Of a stretch of DNA of 64,000 nt, positions 10,686 through 21,359 are shown piece after piece (positions within the stretch are counted from its first letter, which is position 1; every line of letters starts with the position of its first letter). Under the pieces are notes generated by a model. The model saw only the letters and a program-made list of their open reading frames with translations, was not told where the DNA came from and did not search any database. The DNA comes from an uncultured Candidatus Saccharibacteria bacterium (GTDB lineage Bacteria; Patescibacteriota; WWE3; 2-01-FULL-39-13), in contig OZ246395.1 in NCBI GenBank assembly GCA_965230915.1, forward strand, positions 664,935-728,934. Reading direction: 5' to 3'. The translations under genes and the position numbers were made by a program.

Positions 10686-12290
10686 ATGCTTTATTTCGAA
10701 AAACTAGGCCAGCTCTCAGCAAAGTATTTAAAACCGCTTTATATCGGTATTTTCCTGATTTTTTTATTACCACGAACTATATCTATAGGGGCTGATATAT
10801 CCAATTATGACGCATCTTACTGGTACCCACGAATGGATCGTTTCACAGAAAACCTGCTAAAAGGGGAATATAAGGGCACCTATCAGCAATACCATCCTGG
10901 TGTGATTTTAATGTTAACCAGCGGAACTAGCCTATATGCATTCGACAAACTTTATGAATTGGTCTTTCACTACAATCCAAGATATATTCCGCACCAATTT
11001 ATAAAAATTCAGACTGCGACAATTTTCCCATTGGTTTTAATGATTTCATTATTAGGACTACTCTGTTTTTTCTATATAAAGAATATCGTTAACACTAAAT
11101 TCGCAATTATATTTGCAATTCTACTTTCATTTGAGCCATTCTTTTTAGGAGTAAGTCGTTTTTTACATTTATCTGCGTTAACTTCCATGTTTATGTTTAC
11201 TTCGTTTTTGACTTTGTATTATTACTATTTCAAAAAAGAAAAAGACCACAGATTATTTTATCTATCAGCAATATTAATGGGGCTCGGAATTTTAACCAAG
11301 GTTGATGCAGCCATAACAGGACCTGTAAATTTAGCTTTAATATTTTTACACGAATATAAAAAAATTCCACTTAAAAAAATTTTTATTAATCTATTCTTTT
11401 ATTGCCTAACTATTGCACTAACATTCTTTATTTTATTCCCTGCTATGTGGGTTTCATCATGGAACACCATCGAGAAAATTATGGTAGATGGTATTCAAGA
11501 TACGGCATTTGAAAGTAGCGGAGGCGAAAGCTTCACAAATATTAAAGCTTTATATTACCTCGAAACATTTTTGTATAGAAGTCTTCCAACTAGCTTTTTT
11601 GCCTTTATTGCAGGATTTATCATTTTATTTATAAACCGAAAGAAATATTCTAATACCGAAAATAATTTTTTCTACTGGTCACTAGCATATCTATTTTTTA
11701 ATCTAATAATCTTAACTATTCCAGATAAAACAAAAGATAGATACCTGATTAATTTATATCCGCCGATGTTATTTATATCTGCAATTACGTTTTATGAGAT
11801 TTTAAATTTGAAGGCTAAGTCGATCAAATATTTTGCAATTACCTTAATTACAGCTTTGTATATCTTCGCACTTTATAGAAATTATCCTGTTTATTCGTTC
11901 TATTATTCAGAATTAATTGGAGGCCCATCGGGTATTACAAAAATTGGCATGAGCATAAAAAATCGTGGCGAGTATTATGCACAGGCTGCCGAATATATAA
12001 ACACAACAAACCTTAAAGCGGAAGAAACAAATGCAGTAGTTGCACATCGTGAGCAAGTTAGAACCTTTGAGCCATTTTATTATGGAAAGTTATACACAAA
12101 TCCCGGACTTCTTCCTGACAAAGCAAGTGTTGACTACATCATATCAAGACCTGATATGAATTATTTGATACCAGACCAATACTGCAAATTAGAAAAAACA
12201 TTTGGGCCAAAAGATCCGTTAGGATATCAGGAAATCTTCGTATACCGTTGCGAAGGTTTAAACAATACTTATAAAGACTTTAGAAACTAA
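10686..12290 (+). CDS. GT-C (GT39-like) membrane glycosyltransferase
   Basis: YDASYW, YHPGV, EPFFLGVSR, LTK and KDRY motifs. Multi-TM. Confidence 0.75.
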   Translation: MLYFEKLGQLSAKYLKPLYIGIFLIFLLPRTISIGADISNYDASYWYPRMDRFTENLLKGEYKGTYQQYHPGVILMLTSGTSLYAFDKLYELVFHYNPRYIPHQFIKIQTATIFPLVLMISLLGLLCFFYIKNIVNTKFAIIFAILLSFEPFFLGVSRFLHLSALTSMFMFTSFLTLYYYYFKKEKDHRLFYLSAILMGLGILTKVDAAITGPVNLALIFLHEYKKIPLKKIFINLFFYCLTIALTFFILFPAMWVSSWNTIEKIMVDGIQDTAFESSGGESFTNIKALYYLETFLYRSLPTSFFAFIAGFIILFINRKKYSNTENNFFYWSLAYLFFNLIILTIPDKTKDRYLINLYPPMLFISAITFYEILNLKAKSIKYFAITLITALYIFALYRNYPVYSFYYSELIGGPSGITKIGMSIKNRGEYYAQAAEYINTTNLKAEETNAVVAHREQVRTFEPFYYGKLYTNPGLLPDKASVDYIISRPDMNYLIPDQYCKLEKTFGPKDPLGYQEIFVYRCEGLNNTYKDFRN

Positions 12291-12320
12291 GTTTATGAAT
12301 TCAAATTTAAACGAGTGGGA

Positions 12321-13910
12321 TTATTTATCAGGTTCGACTTGATTAACTTTAAAAATATATATTGGAGGACCAAACCTATCTTTATTATCAGCAACAAATA
12401 ATAGATCTGCATATTTTAGAATCGGCTCCGAGTTTCCCTCTAAATCACCGGGATCTCGATCTCCCTGTATTAATTGCTCCTTTCTAATACCTTCTACACC
12501 AATCAAAACATAAAATGGAGCTTCTTTGTAGCTTATTCCGTCCTTATCAAGCTTCTTAATCTTTTCGGTTTCATTACGTTTAAACTCAACGACTGCTAGC
12601 TCTTCGCCAATCACGAATAAAAAGTCGTTATTTTCATCAATATTATCTTTAACCCAGTTGTAAGCAAGATTTCTTGTGTCTTGTCTTCCTAACATGTAAT
12701 CACTTCTAACAACATCAAACATAGATGGAATTAAAAGTACAAGAACAAGTGGATATAACAAAACCCATTTAAAAACTTTTAAGTTTTTAATCCAATCATA
12801 AATTTCGGCAATAAAAGCAGATAACGCTGGAACATAAAATGGAATTAACATTAAAAAGTAATGAGATGGCGAACGGTCTAATCGGCTGACATACAAAGCG
12901 ATAATTACTGTTGGAAATAACAAAAAGTTGTAAGCTTTATTCCGCTTGTTAAAAAATAAGAATAAAACAACTAACACGCTGAATAGTATCCAAATAATGT
13001 ATCCCAGGTCAGCCCTGAACATCGTAACAAAAGTTTCATAAACTTCAGATGGGTATTGTGGCCATTCTACGCTACCGACATTTTGGAACTGCCACATCGC
13101 TCCTTTACCACGTTCATCTGATAAGAACGTTTCATGATCTAAAATTGCATAAGGTGTTCCGAGAAAAAATAACACAACGGAAAGTAGACCAGCAATTAAT
13201 GCATACTTTATTCTCTTCAAATCTATATATCTTTTAAGAAAGCTCATGTCTGTTAACTCAGCCTGGCGCATAAAATATGCCTGAACAACAGAAATCGCAA
13301 GTAGAAAACTATTATATTTAATCGAAGTGGCAATTCCGATCATTGCACCGCTTAAAATATATGATCTTAAATTTCCATACTTATAAATATTCCAAATAAA
13401 ATAAACAGATAGTGCTACAAAAAATGTATGAGCTATATCAACTTTAGCTAGATGTGACTCATAAACATGGATTGGCAAGAAAGTTAATATAAGAGCTGAA
13501 ATCATTCCAACACGGTAAGAAAATATTTTGCGCCCTATTAAAAATAAAACAATTACAGTTAATGATCCCAAAATAGCCGACAACGATCTCGAGATTAAGA
13601 AAAACGAGGCAGGAGAAAAACTATCGTCCGGTATTTTTAAAACGGCAGTTAATATTGGCTTAATTAATGCAAATACAGCATAAAATGCAGCGTTAATGTA
13701 AAAATAAAGTGAAGGCCAATCAAATCTTCCTGGGTTTAAACTTTCTTTTAGTCCTATCGTTCCGCTTATAAGAGAAGGTTCATCGACGTTTAATTGGAGT
13801 GGTAAACCATACCAGATGCCCCAAAAACGTAAAACTAGTGCAACAATAAAAATTATCCAGACAGATTTAGGAATATTTAAATTTGCAAAACGCCTAATTA
13901 TTGGTTGCAT
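12321..13910 (-). CDS. GT-C membrane glycosyltransferase
   Basis: LNVDEP, RFDWP, SHLAKVD, IKYN and DTRNLA motifs. Paralog of the 259 and 4668 genes. Confidence 0.8.
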   Translation of the reverse strand: MQPIIRRFANLNIPKSVWIIFIVALVLRFWGIWYGLPLQLNVDEPSLISGTIGLKESLNPGRFDWPSLYFYINAAFYAVFALIKPILTAVLKIPDDSFSPASFFLISRSLSAILGSLTVIVLFLIGRKIFSYRVGMISALILTFLPIHVYESHLAKVDIAHTFFVALSVYFIWNIYKYGNLRSYILSGAMIGIATSIKYNSFLLAISVVQAYFMRQAELTDMSFLKRYIDLKRIKYALIAGLLSVVLFFLGTPYAILDHETFLSDERGKGAMWQFQNVGSVEWPQYPSEVYETFVTMFRADLGYIIWILFSVLVVLFLFFNKRNKAYNFLLFPTVIIALYVSRLDRSPSHYFLMLIPFYVPALSAFIAEIYDWIKNLKVFKWVLLYPLVLVLLIPSMFDVVRSDYMLGRQDTRNLAYNWVKDNIDENNDFLFVIGEELAVVEFKRNETEKIKKLDKDGISYKEAPFYVLIGVEGIRKEQLIQGDRDPGDLEGNSEPILKYADLLFVADNKDRFGPPIYIFKVNQVEPDK

Positions 13911-15697
13911 AAGAATTTTCCTTCAGGATATAGATCAGTTTTCCCATAAATTCTGGTGACAGTATAATTTCCTGAATCAACTTGCCCAAGTAAAACATAT
14001 TTACTCATGTCTAAATTATTTGGGTTGTAATATTCCCAGCTATGAGGACCCTCGATAATTAATAAGTTATCACCTTCGGGTTTAAATTCTTGTAGCTGAC
14101 CTTTTTGCTGATGCTGACGAATGTAAAAATAAGTGATCGAATCTTTTTCATTTGAATTATAACCACCAGTTAAACAGCCTTTATTATATAAATCTGCAAT
14201 CTTTTCCCATCCACGATAGTTATTAAAACCGAATGCACCTTCTTTCTTTTGGTGACGAACGCGTTCAATTCTGTAAATTGGCCAACCTAAAAAGTCTTTA
14301 TCAAACCATGGATATTCTGGATTCTTATCTACAAAAATCATCCAGTTAACTCCGGATATAAAAAAGAAAGACAAAATAATCAAAATTATTGCAACGTTCT
14401 TTAAAACCGACGATGCAATAGATCGATATGCTTTTGCAATTCCATAGCCTGCAATAATAAATAATGGAAGTATCGAGACATAAACATGAGTCCTTGGGTC
14501 TTTCATTATAAAGAAATAAAATGCGTAAGTACCTAAAAACCATGTGATAACCGCTGCTCGATCCCATTTTATTCTGTTGTAGAACATTAAAAGTACAGAC
14601 ATGGCGATAGATGATCCGATTACTAAGAGAGATGCGCTTCGAGGCTTTATCGGGTAAAAGCTGAAAATGGTTGCAGCTAAAATTATGGAAATTAACGCGG
14701 TAAAAATTATCTGCATAGATTTTTTGCTAAATTTTATTTTTGAGAACTTGAATCCAACTATATGTTTATAGTTAAATAAAATTCCTAGAAGTCCTGCTAC
14801 AAATAAGAAATTCAAATGATATTCGGGAATATACATCGTAATCAAATCATTAGTAATTTCGGTTCGAGGCATAAATCCTCCACCAAAAAGGCGATTTCCT
14901 AAATAATCTGAAGTTTGATCTTCGAAAGCTTGTCCGAAATAGAATGGAACGTAATAAAAAAGTGCTGGAAGTAGAAAAGCTGTAAAAAATATAACAGCCT
15001 TTAATAAATAGGATCTAACTACCGAAAATTTCGCTTTAATTTCATGAAAAACAATTCCTAAATTTAGTTCTTTTTTATCTGCATATATTTCACGAACTAA
15101 ACTAGCAACAAAACCTGCAATAAAAAAAGGAACAACTGATAAAGTATCGTAATGTGTTAAAAACGCAAAAGACATTATTAATCCGCTATATAAAATCAGC
15201 TTTTTGCTTTTGGCATTAAGTGCCTTTATAAAAAGCATAATTCCAAATGGAATCACACAATACATGACTGATTGATATTGAGTTATGCGTCCGAAAGCAA
15301 TAAACAAACCATTTATTGACATTAATGTCGCTGTTATTAAAGCAGTCGACGGATCGTAAATCTTTTTCGCCAACATATATAGCGAAAAAATAGCAATAAC
15401 ACTAAACACTAAGTAAGGCAATCTAATTTGCCATTCATCGTTATATCCAAAAACAGCAACATTAGTAATATTTATAAGATATTGAATCGGCCCGCGCTTT
15501 TGTGACATTAAATACTCCATTGTGCCCTGAAAACCGGGCTTCATTTCGTATAAAAAGTCGATTGTATTTACTTCGTCTCCCTGAAAAATCGAATATCCCA
15601 AATCTTGTGCACGCACAAAAACTGAAAATATTATGAGGCCAAGGAATATTACAATTGCGTAGACAGGTAGTTTAAATTGTCTAAAGTTCATTTTCAT
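13898..15697 (-). CDS. GT-C (ArnT/PMT-like) membrane glycosyltransferase
   Basis: FQGDE, KRGP, RLP, R-x-x-QY and THYD motifs. Multi-TM. Confidence 0.75.
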   Translation of the reverse strand: MKMNFRQFKLPVYAIVIFLGLIIFSVFVRAQDLGYSIFQGDEVNTIDFLYEMKPGFQGTMEYLMSQKRGPIQYLINITNVAVFGYNDEWQIRLPYLVFSVIAIFSLYMLAKKIYDPSTALITATLMSINGLFIAFGRITQYQSVMYCVIPFGIMLFIKALNAKSKKLILYSGLIMSFAFLTHYDTLSVVPFFIAGFVASLVREIYADKKELNLGIVFHEIKAKFSVVRSYLLKAVIFFTAFLLPALFYYVPFYFGQAFEDQTSDYLGNRLFGGGFMPRTEITNDLITMYIPEYHLNFLFVAGLLGILFNYKHIVGFKFSKIKFSKKSMQIIFTALISIILAATIFSFYPIKPRSASLLVIGSSIAMSVLLMFYNRIKWDRAAVITWFLGTYAFYFFIMKDPRTHVYVSILPLFIIAGYGIAKAYRSIASSVLKNVAIILIILSFFFISGVNWMIFVDKNPEYPWFDKDFLGWPIYRIERVRHQKKEGAFGFNNYRGWEKIADLYNKGCLTGGYNSNEKDSITYFYIRQHQQKGQLQEFKPEGDNLLIIEGPHSWEYYNPNNLDMSKYVLLGQVDSGNYTVTRIYGKTDLYPEGKFLCNQ

Positions 15698-16962
15698 AGC
15701 TTATCTAATATAGAATTATATCCTAGAATCATAGCACGCTTACTATACTTATTTTCCCCGGTTTTTCGGGCTTCTTGTGACATTTCTTTCAAAAGTTCCG
15801 GCTTTTCATATAAATGTTTCAAAATATAGGCGAGACTCGTTGCCGATTTAGTATCTATATAATAGCCATCTTTGCTGTCGGTTATTAATTCTGATAACCC
15901 TCCCTTTTTGGTTGCTATAACTGGTAATCCACTACAAAAAGCTTCAGATACGGTCATTGGATGGCCTTCTTCGCGTCTGGTTGGCAATACGAATACGTGG
16001 CTTTTTTGATAATACTCGGGTAAATCGGTATTTTTTACCTGGCCGACAAATTCAACAGAGTCCATCAAACCAAGACTTTTTGCCAGATTTTTAAATTCGT
16101 ATATATGAATTCCCATACCGATAATTTTTGCTTTTACCTGCACACCCTCGTTTCTTGCTATGTGGATTGCATTCAAAAGCAGATCAATTCCCTTTTCACG
16201 GTCAACTCGCCCCACGTACAAAGCTGTAAAATGGGAATATTTTTGAGTAATTGGAGCTGGCGCAAATAGAATATCATCTACCCCGTTATAAACCACTCTA
16301 ACTCTGTGTTTTAGTTTCGGATAATCATTTAAAAATTTCTCACGTAAATCTTTACTTACGGCGATAATGTATCGGCATCTTTTGAAAAATTTGCGATTTG
16401 ATACATGATGTTCAATTAGCCACTTAGGCAAATCGACCATTATAAACCTAATCCAATTTTTTATGGTTGTGTTTGACCTAAACCGACTTTTAATTTCATT
16501 TGGAATTGTTCCATGAATTACAGCAATAATTGGCGTTCTGATTTTAGGGTGCATTACTAGCCCTTTAGCTGCAGTACTTTGACTTAAAATACAATCGAAT
16601 GAACTTTCTATGTGGATTTTTAAAAACTCATCACTACTTTCGCTGTAATAATTTTTCTTTCCTTCAATGATATTATTTCTCGATACTAAGTGTAATTTTA
16701 CAAAAGTATTTTCCCAAAAACTTAGCGGGTTCAAACCACTAGTAGTATCACCGACGAAAACATACTTTATACCGTTTTCTTCCTTCACTATATTTCCCTT
16801 TTCTATTTTTGTAGTTGGATCATCTGTAGGGTAAGAAGATGTAAATACAGTAATTTGATGACCTGCCGCGGATAGACCATCTAATAAAATTTTTAAGTGC
16901 GTTTCCATTCCTCCCGAAGTAAAATGGTGAATTGTTGACCTTGAGAAAACTGCTATTTTCAT
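15694..16962 (-). CDS. GT4 family glycosyltransferase
   Basis: GGMETH, YNGVD, GRVDREKG, EGHPMTVSEA (EX7E). Confidence 0.9.
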   Translation of the reverse strand: MKIAVFSRSTIHHFTSGGMETHLKILLDGLSAAGHQITVFTSSYPTDDPTTKIEKGNIVKEENGIKYVFVGDTTSGLNPLSFWENTFVKLHLVSRNNIIEGKKNYYSESSDEFLKIHIESSFDCILSQSTAAKGLVMHPKIRTPIIAVIHGTIPNEIKSRFRSNTTIKNWIRFIMVDLPKWLIEHHVSNRKFFKRCRYIIAVSKDLREKFLNDYPKLKHRVRVVYNGVDDILFAPAPITQKYSHFTALYVGRVDREKGIDLLLNAIHIARNEGVQVKAKIIGMGIHIYEFKNLAKSLGLMDSVEFVGQVKNTDLPEYYQKSHVFVLPTRREEGHPMTVSEAFCSGLPVIATKKGGLSELITDSKDGYYIDTKSATSLAYILKHLYEKPELLKEMSQEARKTGENKYSKRAMILGYNSILDKL

Positions 16963-18128
16963 AATGTTTCGTTATAACAATCTAAATATTTTTTTGAAAT
17001 TGCTTCCCACCTATATTTCTGAACTTCCTTTTTGCCATTATCTGAAAGTTTTTCCCGTAATTCACTATGGCTCAGCATTAATTCCATTTTACTTGAAAGA
17101 TCTTCGAAATTTCCATTCTCAAAAAACAAGGTAGTCTCGTTATCCACCAACATATCACTAAGTCCGCCTGTCTTTGAAGAGACAAATGGAATACCTGCAG
17201 CCATATACTCAAGCGCGACTATTCCAAAAGGTTCAATTCGAGATGGAATAACACCAAAAAGTGACCCTTTCATAGATGCAATTTTTTCTTCTTGCGATAA
17301 TGTACCCTCTGTAAAAATAAATTGAGGATCTATCCCCATTGTTTTAACCATATTTTTTATTTTTTCCAGTTCTTCACCTTTACCTTCTATCATTAGCTTC
17401 AAATTCGAATTTTGCATTTTATAGAAAGCCTTTATTAAAACGTCGACCCCTTTTTTCTCAACTAACCTACCGATGAAGAAAATATACGGCACACCAGCAT
17501 AGTCTTTAGCCTTAACATTCTCGTACATTTCAACATTCAATCCATTTGGAATTATTTTTATTTTTTCTGAATAATTTGGAAAACTTTTTAAAAATTCTGA
17601 TTTCATGTACGAAGAGTTGACGACGATTTTCTTTGCACGCCTTAACAGCCTTGCAATAAAATATTTATGGATTCTTTTTTTAGAATATTTATGCAAATCA
17701 TTGCCGTGAATATTTACAATCATCGGAGTACGCATGATCGATGTAACCAAATCTACATAAACTGATGAGTCATCGGGAAAATGATAGTTAATTACATCCG
17801 GTTTAAATTTTTGTATATACGAAAACATTTCGACCAAAGCCAAAAAGAAACGTGCGGGAAATAAAATCCAACCTAGAATGCTTCCTGGCAAGTTAATCCA
17901 AATTTTCTTATTTGAATAAGTTTCGAATGGTTCTTCAGATGTTTGAATTTGTAAAATTTTGTCTAAATTTGCTAGTACCCGAATTGGTGAAAACCCTAAT
18001 CGGCTATCAAGTGAACTCAAAACCTTAACTTCATTACTGGCACTTAAATTTCTAGCCAAATTTGCTACAACCTCTTCAACCCCACCAATATGTGGGTAAA
18101 ACCTAGTTGTGATTATTAGTATTTTCAC
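16959..18128 (-). CDS. GT4 family glycosyltransferase
   Basis: PHIGGVE, IPNG, GRLVEKKG, EPFGIVALE (EX7E). GTG start. Confidence 0.9.
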   Translation of the reverse strand: MKILIITTRFYPHIGGVEEVVANLARNLSASNEVKVLSSLDSRLGFSPIRVLANLDKILQIQTSEEPFETYSNKKIWINLPGSILGWILFPARFFLALVEMFSYIQKFKPDVINYHFPDDSSVYVDLVTSIMRTPMIVNIHGNDLHKYSKKRIHKYFIARLLRRAKKIVVNSSYMKSEFLKSFPNYSEKIKIIPNGLNVEMYENVKAKDYAGVPYIFFIGRLVEKKGVDVLIKAFYKMQNSNLKLMIEGKGEELEKIKNMVKTMGIDPQFIFTEGTLSQEEKIASMKGSLFGVIPSRIEPFGIVALEYMAAGIPFVSSKTGGLSDMLVDNETTLFFENGNFEDLSSKMELMLSHSELREKLSDNGKKEVQKYRWEAISKKYLDCYNETL

Positions 18129-18175
18129 TTACTGATTCTACCATCTAAATGGCTAATTTTTGCTAAAATAAGGCA

Positions 18176-19999
18176 ATGCAAGACAAAAACCATCCGAATA
18201 ACGACCCAAAGTATACGTGGGATTTAACACCTCTTTTCAAAAGCGACTCTGACCCTGAGATTGCCAAATACTTGGCTTTAGTCGAAGAAAAAACAGCCGA
18301 ATTTGTAGAAAAATGGAAGGAAAACAAGGCATATTTGACAGATCCAAAAGTAATGCTGGAAGCCTTAAATGACTTCGAAAACTGGTCACGAAACTATGGA
18401 ATCTATAACAAAGCTGATTATTACTTCGGAATGCGATCCGAACAAGACCAAGAAAATGTCGAACTTAAGGCAGCTACAAATAAGTTAACCGAGAAAGCTC
18501 AAAAGTTAATTAGCGATACAAGATTTTTCACACATCAAATTGCATTAATTCCACAAAACGATCAAAAGAAATTTTTAGATTTCCCTGAACTTTCAAAATA
18601 CAAACATTTTTTAGAGCGCGAATTTGATAGCGCTAAATATTTATTAACAGAAGCTGAAGAAAATATATTAACCTTAAAAGCTCCCACTTCTCGTTCTAAT
18701 TGGGTAAATATGGTTTCTGAATTTTTAGGAAAAGAAGAAGCCGAAATCGAAAATGAAAAAGGTGAAAAAGAAAAGCAACCTTTCCCAATGATTTTAAGCA
18801 TCGCAACCGAAAACAAAAATAAAAAAATTCGAGATCAAGCTGCTGCAGAATTCAATAGAATTTTAGCTAAACACTCAGATGTTGCAGAACATGAATTAAA
18901 TTCTGTACTTCAGGATAAAAAGACAAACGATAAGTTAAGAAAATATTCTAGAGCAGATGAAGCAAGACTATTTTCAGACGACATTGATACTCAAACAATT
19001 GATGCGCTTATCGAATCTACTGTTAGCAAATTCGATACTCCTGCTAGATACTACAAATTAAAAGCAAAATTATTCAATTTTGAAAAACTTGCATACCACG
19101 AACGAAATCTTTCATATGGGGAAGTCGAAAAAGAATTTTCATTCGAAGATGCGACAAAGTTAGTGGATAAAGCCTTAGGCCAAATCGATCAGGAATTCTC
19201 GGATATATTCCAAAGCTATATAAAAAATCGACAATTCGATGTGTTCCCAAGAAAAAATAAATCCGGGGGAGCTTTCTGCGCTCATCATGGAATAAACGAA
19301 CCAATTTATGTGCTTTTAAACCACACAAATAAAATGAGCGATGTTGGAACAATCGCACACGAAATGGGCCATGCAATAAACGATGAATATATGAGAAAAG
19401 CTCAACACGAACTTTACTACGGAACATCTTTAGCAATCGCTGAAGTATCTAGCACATTTATGGAAGACTTCGTTTTAGAAGAATTATTCAAAACAGCATC
19501 TAAAGAAGAACAGCTTTCACTAATGCTTTCAAAACTTGACGATGAAATCGGAACAATTCACAGACAAGTTGCAATTTATAAATTTGAAAAAGATCTACAC
19601 GCTGCTTTTGCAGAAAAAGGATACTTATCTAAAAAAGATATCGGCGAAATATTCCTAAAAAATATGAAAGCTTATATGGGAGATTTTGTCGAACAAAATG
19701 AAGGATCAGAAAACTGGTGGATCTACATCAGCCACATACGCAGATCTTTCTATGTTTATTCTTATGCAAGTGGTTTATTAATTTCAAAATCACTTCAGAA
19801 TAGTTTTAAGAAAGATAAAAACTTCATCGAAAAAGTTAAATATCTTTTATCTGCTGGAACTTCAGCTTCTCCAAAAGATATTTTTGCTAACATGGGAATC
19901 GATATAACCGACAAAACATTCTGGGAAAATGGCTTGGCGGAGGTCGACGCTCTTTTAGTTAAAACAGAGCAATTAGCAAAAGAACTAGGTAAAATATAA
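18176..19999 (+). CDS. pepF: Oligoendopeptidase F (M3B)
   Basis: TWDL N-terminus, KSGGAFC, AHEMGH zinc motif, AEVSSTF, FYVYSYA. Confidence 0.9.
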   Translation: MQDKNHPNNDPKYTWDLTPLFKSDSDPEIAKYLALVEEKTAEFVEKWKENKAYLTDPKVMLEALNDFENWSRNYGIYNKADYYFGMRSEQDQENVELKAATNKLTEKAQKLISDTRFFTHQIALIPQNDQKKFLDFPELSKYKHFLEREFDSAKYLLTEAEENILTLKAPTSRSNWVNMVSEFLGKEEAEIENEKGEKEKQPFPMILSIATENKNKKIRDQAAAEFNRILAKHSDVAEHELNSVLQDKKTNDKLRKYSRADEARLFSDDIDTQTIDALIESTVSKFDTPARYYKLKAKLFNFEKLAYHERNLSYGEVEKEFSFEDATKLVDKALGQIDQEFSDIFQSYIKNRQFDVFPRKNKSGGAFCAHHGINEPIYVLLNHTNKMSDVGTIAHEMGHAINDEYMRKAQHELYYGTSLAIAEVSSTFMEDFVLEELFKTASKEEQLSLMLSKLDDEIGTIHRQVAIYKFEKDLHAAFAEKGYLSKKDIGEIFLKNMKAYMGDFVEQNEGSENWWIYISHIRRSFYVYSYASGLLISKSLQNSFKKDKNFIEKVKYLLSAGTSASPKDIFANMGIDITDKTFWENGLAEVDALLVKTEQLAKELGKI

Positions 20000-20001
20000 A
20001 C

Positions 20002-20373
20002 ATGTCATTAACCGACGGAATAATAAACACCATATTCTTAACCTTTTTGCATAACGAATATGCCATTGCCTTCTTTTTAGGAGCCACCTTTTCAGTTGTA
20101 GCATTATTAATTAAGCCTTCAAGATATTTCGTCTTATTACTAATTGGATTTATCACACTGCTACTGGGATTTGAATACAATAAACATATTATCGAACCCT
20201 TACAAGATCAGACATTAACATCACTTGGGCTCGATGGAGATGGCGGGTCGGCAGGTACATTGGTTGTAAGAACATTCCAAAAATTATTACCAGTCGGTTT
20301 TTTTATTATCGGATGGGGAAGTATTTTTATTGCAATTTTTGCAAAAGCATTAAGAAAGAACAAAGAAACTTAA
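20002..20373 (+). CDS. Hypothetical small membrane protein
   Basis: 123-aa ORF with 3 hydrophobic segments, 2 nt after pepF. Confidence 0.7.
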   Translation: MSLTDGIINTIFLTFLHNEYAIAFFLGATFSVVALLIKPSRYFVLLLIGFITLLLGFEYNKHIIEPLQDQTLTSLGLDGDGGSAGTLVVRTFQKLLPVGFFIIGWGSIFIAIFAKALRKNKET

Positions 20374-21359
20374 GTTCTATTTTTTAAATACTTATAAGTA
20401 GTCTCAACCATATCATCAAGGTTATATTTCGGATTCCAACCCAAGATTTGTTTTGCTTTTTCGTTTGATGCAAATTTTTGTGCGGACTCACCTGCACGCG
20501 TTTCTCCATAATTTTTTTCAATTGTTGCACCTGTAATTTTTTCGACAGCTTCGACAACTTGCAAAACAGAATAGCCTGCTCCAGTTCCTAAATTGAATTG
20601 ATCTGAATTATTTCCTGACAATAAATATTCTAGCGCCTTTAAATGTGCGTCGGCTAAATCTAAAACATGAACATAATCACGGATGGGAGTTTTATCCGGT
20701 GTATCAACTTTAGAACAAGTTAGCTTAAACTCTTTTTTGCCAAGCCCACCTAATACCGCATTGGGAATTAAATGACCCTCCGGTTCGTGATCTTCACCAA
20801 TTAAGCCATCTAAACTGCATCCAGCCGCATTGAAATATCGCAAGGAAACATACTTAAGTTTTCCTGCTTTGTCCGCCCACTCTAGCATTTGCTCGACCAT
20901 ACGTTTTGAAAGTCCATATGGATTTATCGGCTCTAGTGGATGTTTTTCGTCAATTGGAAGATACTTGGCTTCGCCATAAACTTCAGAAGTCGAAGAGAAA
21001 ATAAAATTCGGGCAATTATGTTCGACTAAATATGAAATCAAATTAGTAGACCCAACAACATTATTTTCAAAATATTTCTCTGGATTTTTTATGGAGTCAC
21101 CAACAGATGCATACGCGGCGAAATGTAAACATGCATCGAACTGTCTATTATTTAAAGCCTCCAACCCTGATATGTCTCGAAGATCATCTTCAATAATTTC
21201 AATTCCTAATTTTGTAGAAATAACATAGTCACTTGCCTCTAAATTATCAAAAATAGTAACTTCATAACCTGATTCTTTTAGCAAACGGGCAACATGAGAA
21301 CCGATATACCCGGCCCCTCCAGTTACTAAAATGCGTTTAGTGCCCATTGCCGTTGCCAT
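20370..21359 (-). CDS. galE: UDP-glucose 4-epimerase
   Basis: TGGAGYIGSH, YxxxK (YGLSK), LRYFNAAG, RDYVHV. Confidence 0.93.
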   Translation of the reverse strand: MATAMGTKRILVTGGAGYIGSHVARLLKESGYEVTIFDNLEASDYVISTKLGIEIIEDDLRDISGLEALNNRQFDACLHFAAYASVGDSIKNPEKYFENNVVGSTNLISYLVEHNCPNFIFSSTSEVYGEAKYLPIDEKHPLEPINPYGLSKRMVEQMLEWADKAGKLKYVSLRYFNAAGCSLDGLIGEDHEPEGHLIPNAVLGGLGKKEFKLTCSKVDTPDKTPIRDYVHVLDLADAHLKALEYLLSGNNSDQFNLGTGAGYSVLQVVEAVEKITGATIEKNYGETRAGESAQKFASNEKAKQILGWNPKYNLDDMVETTYKYLKNRT

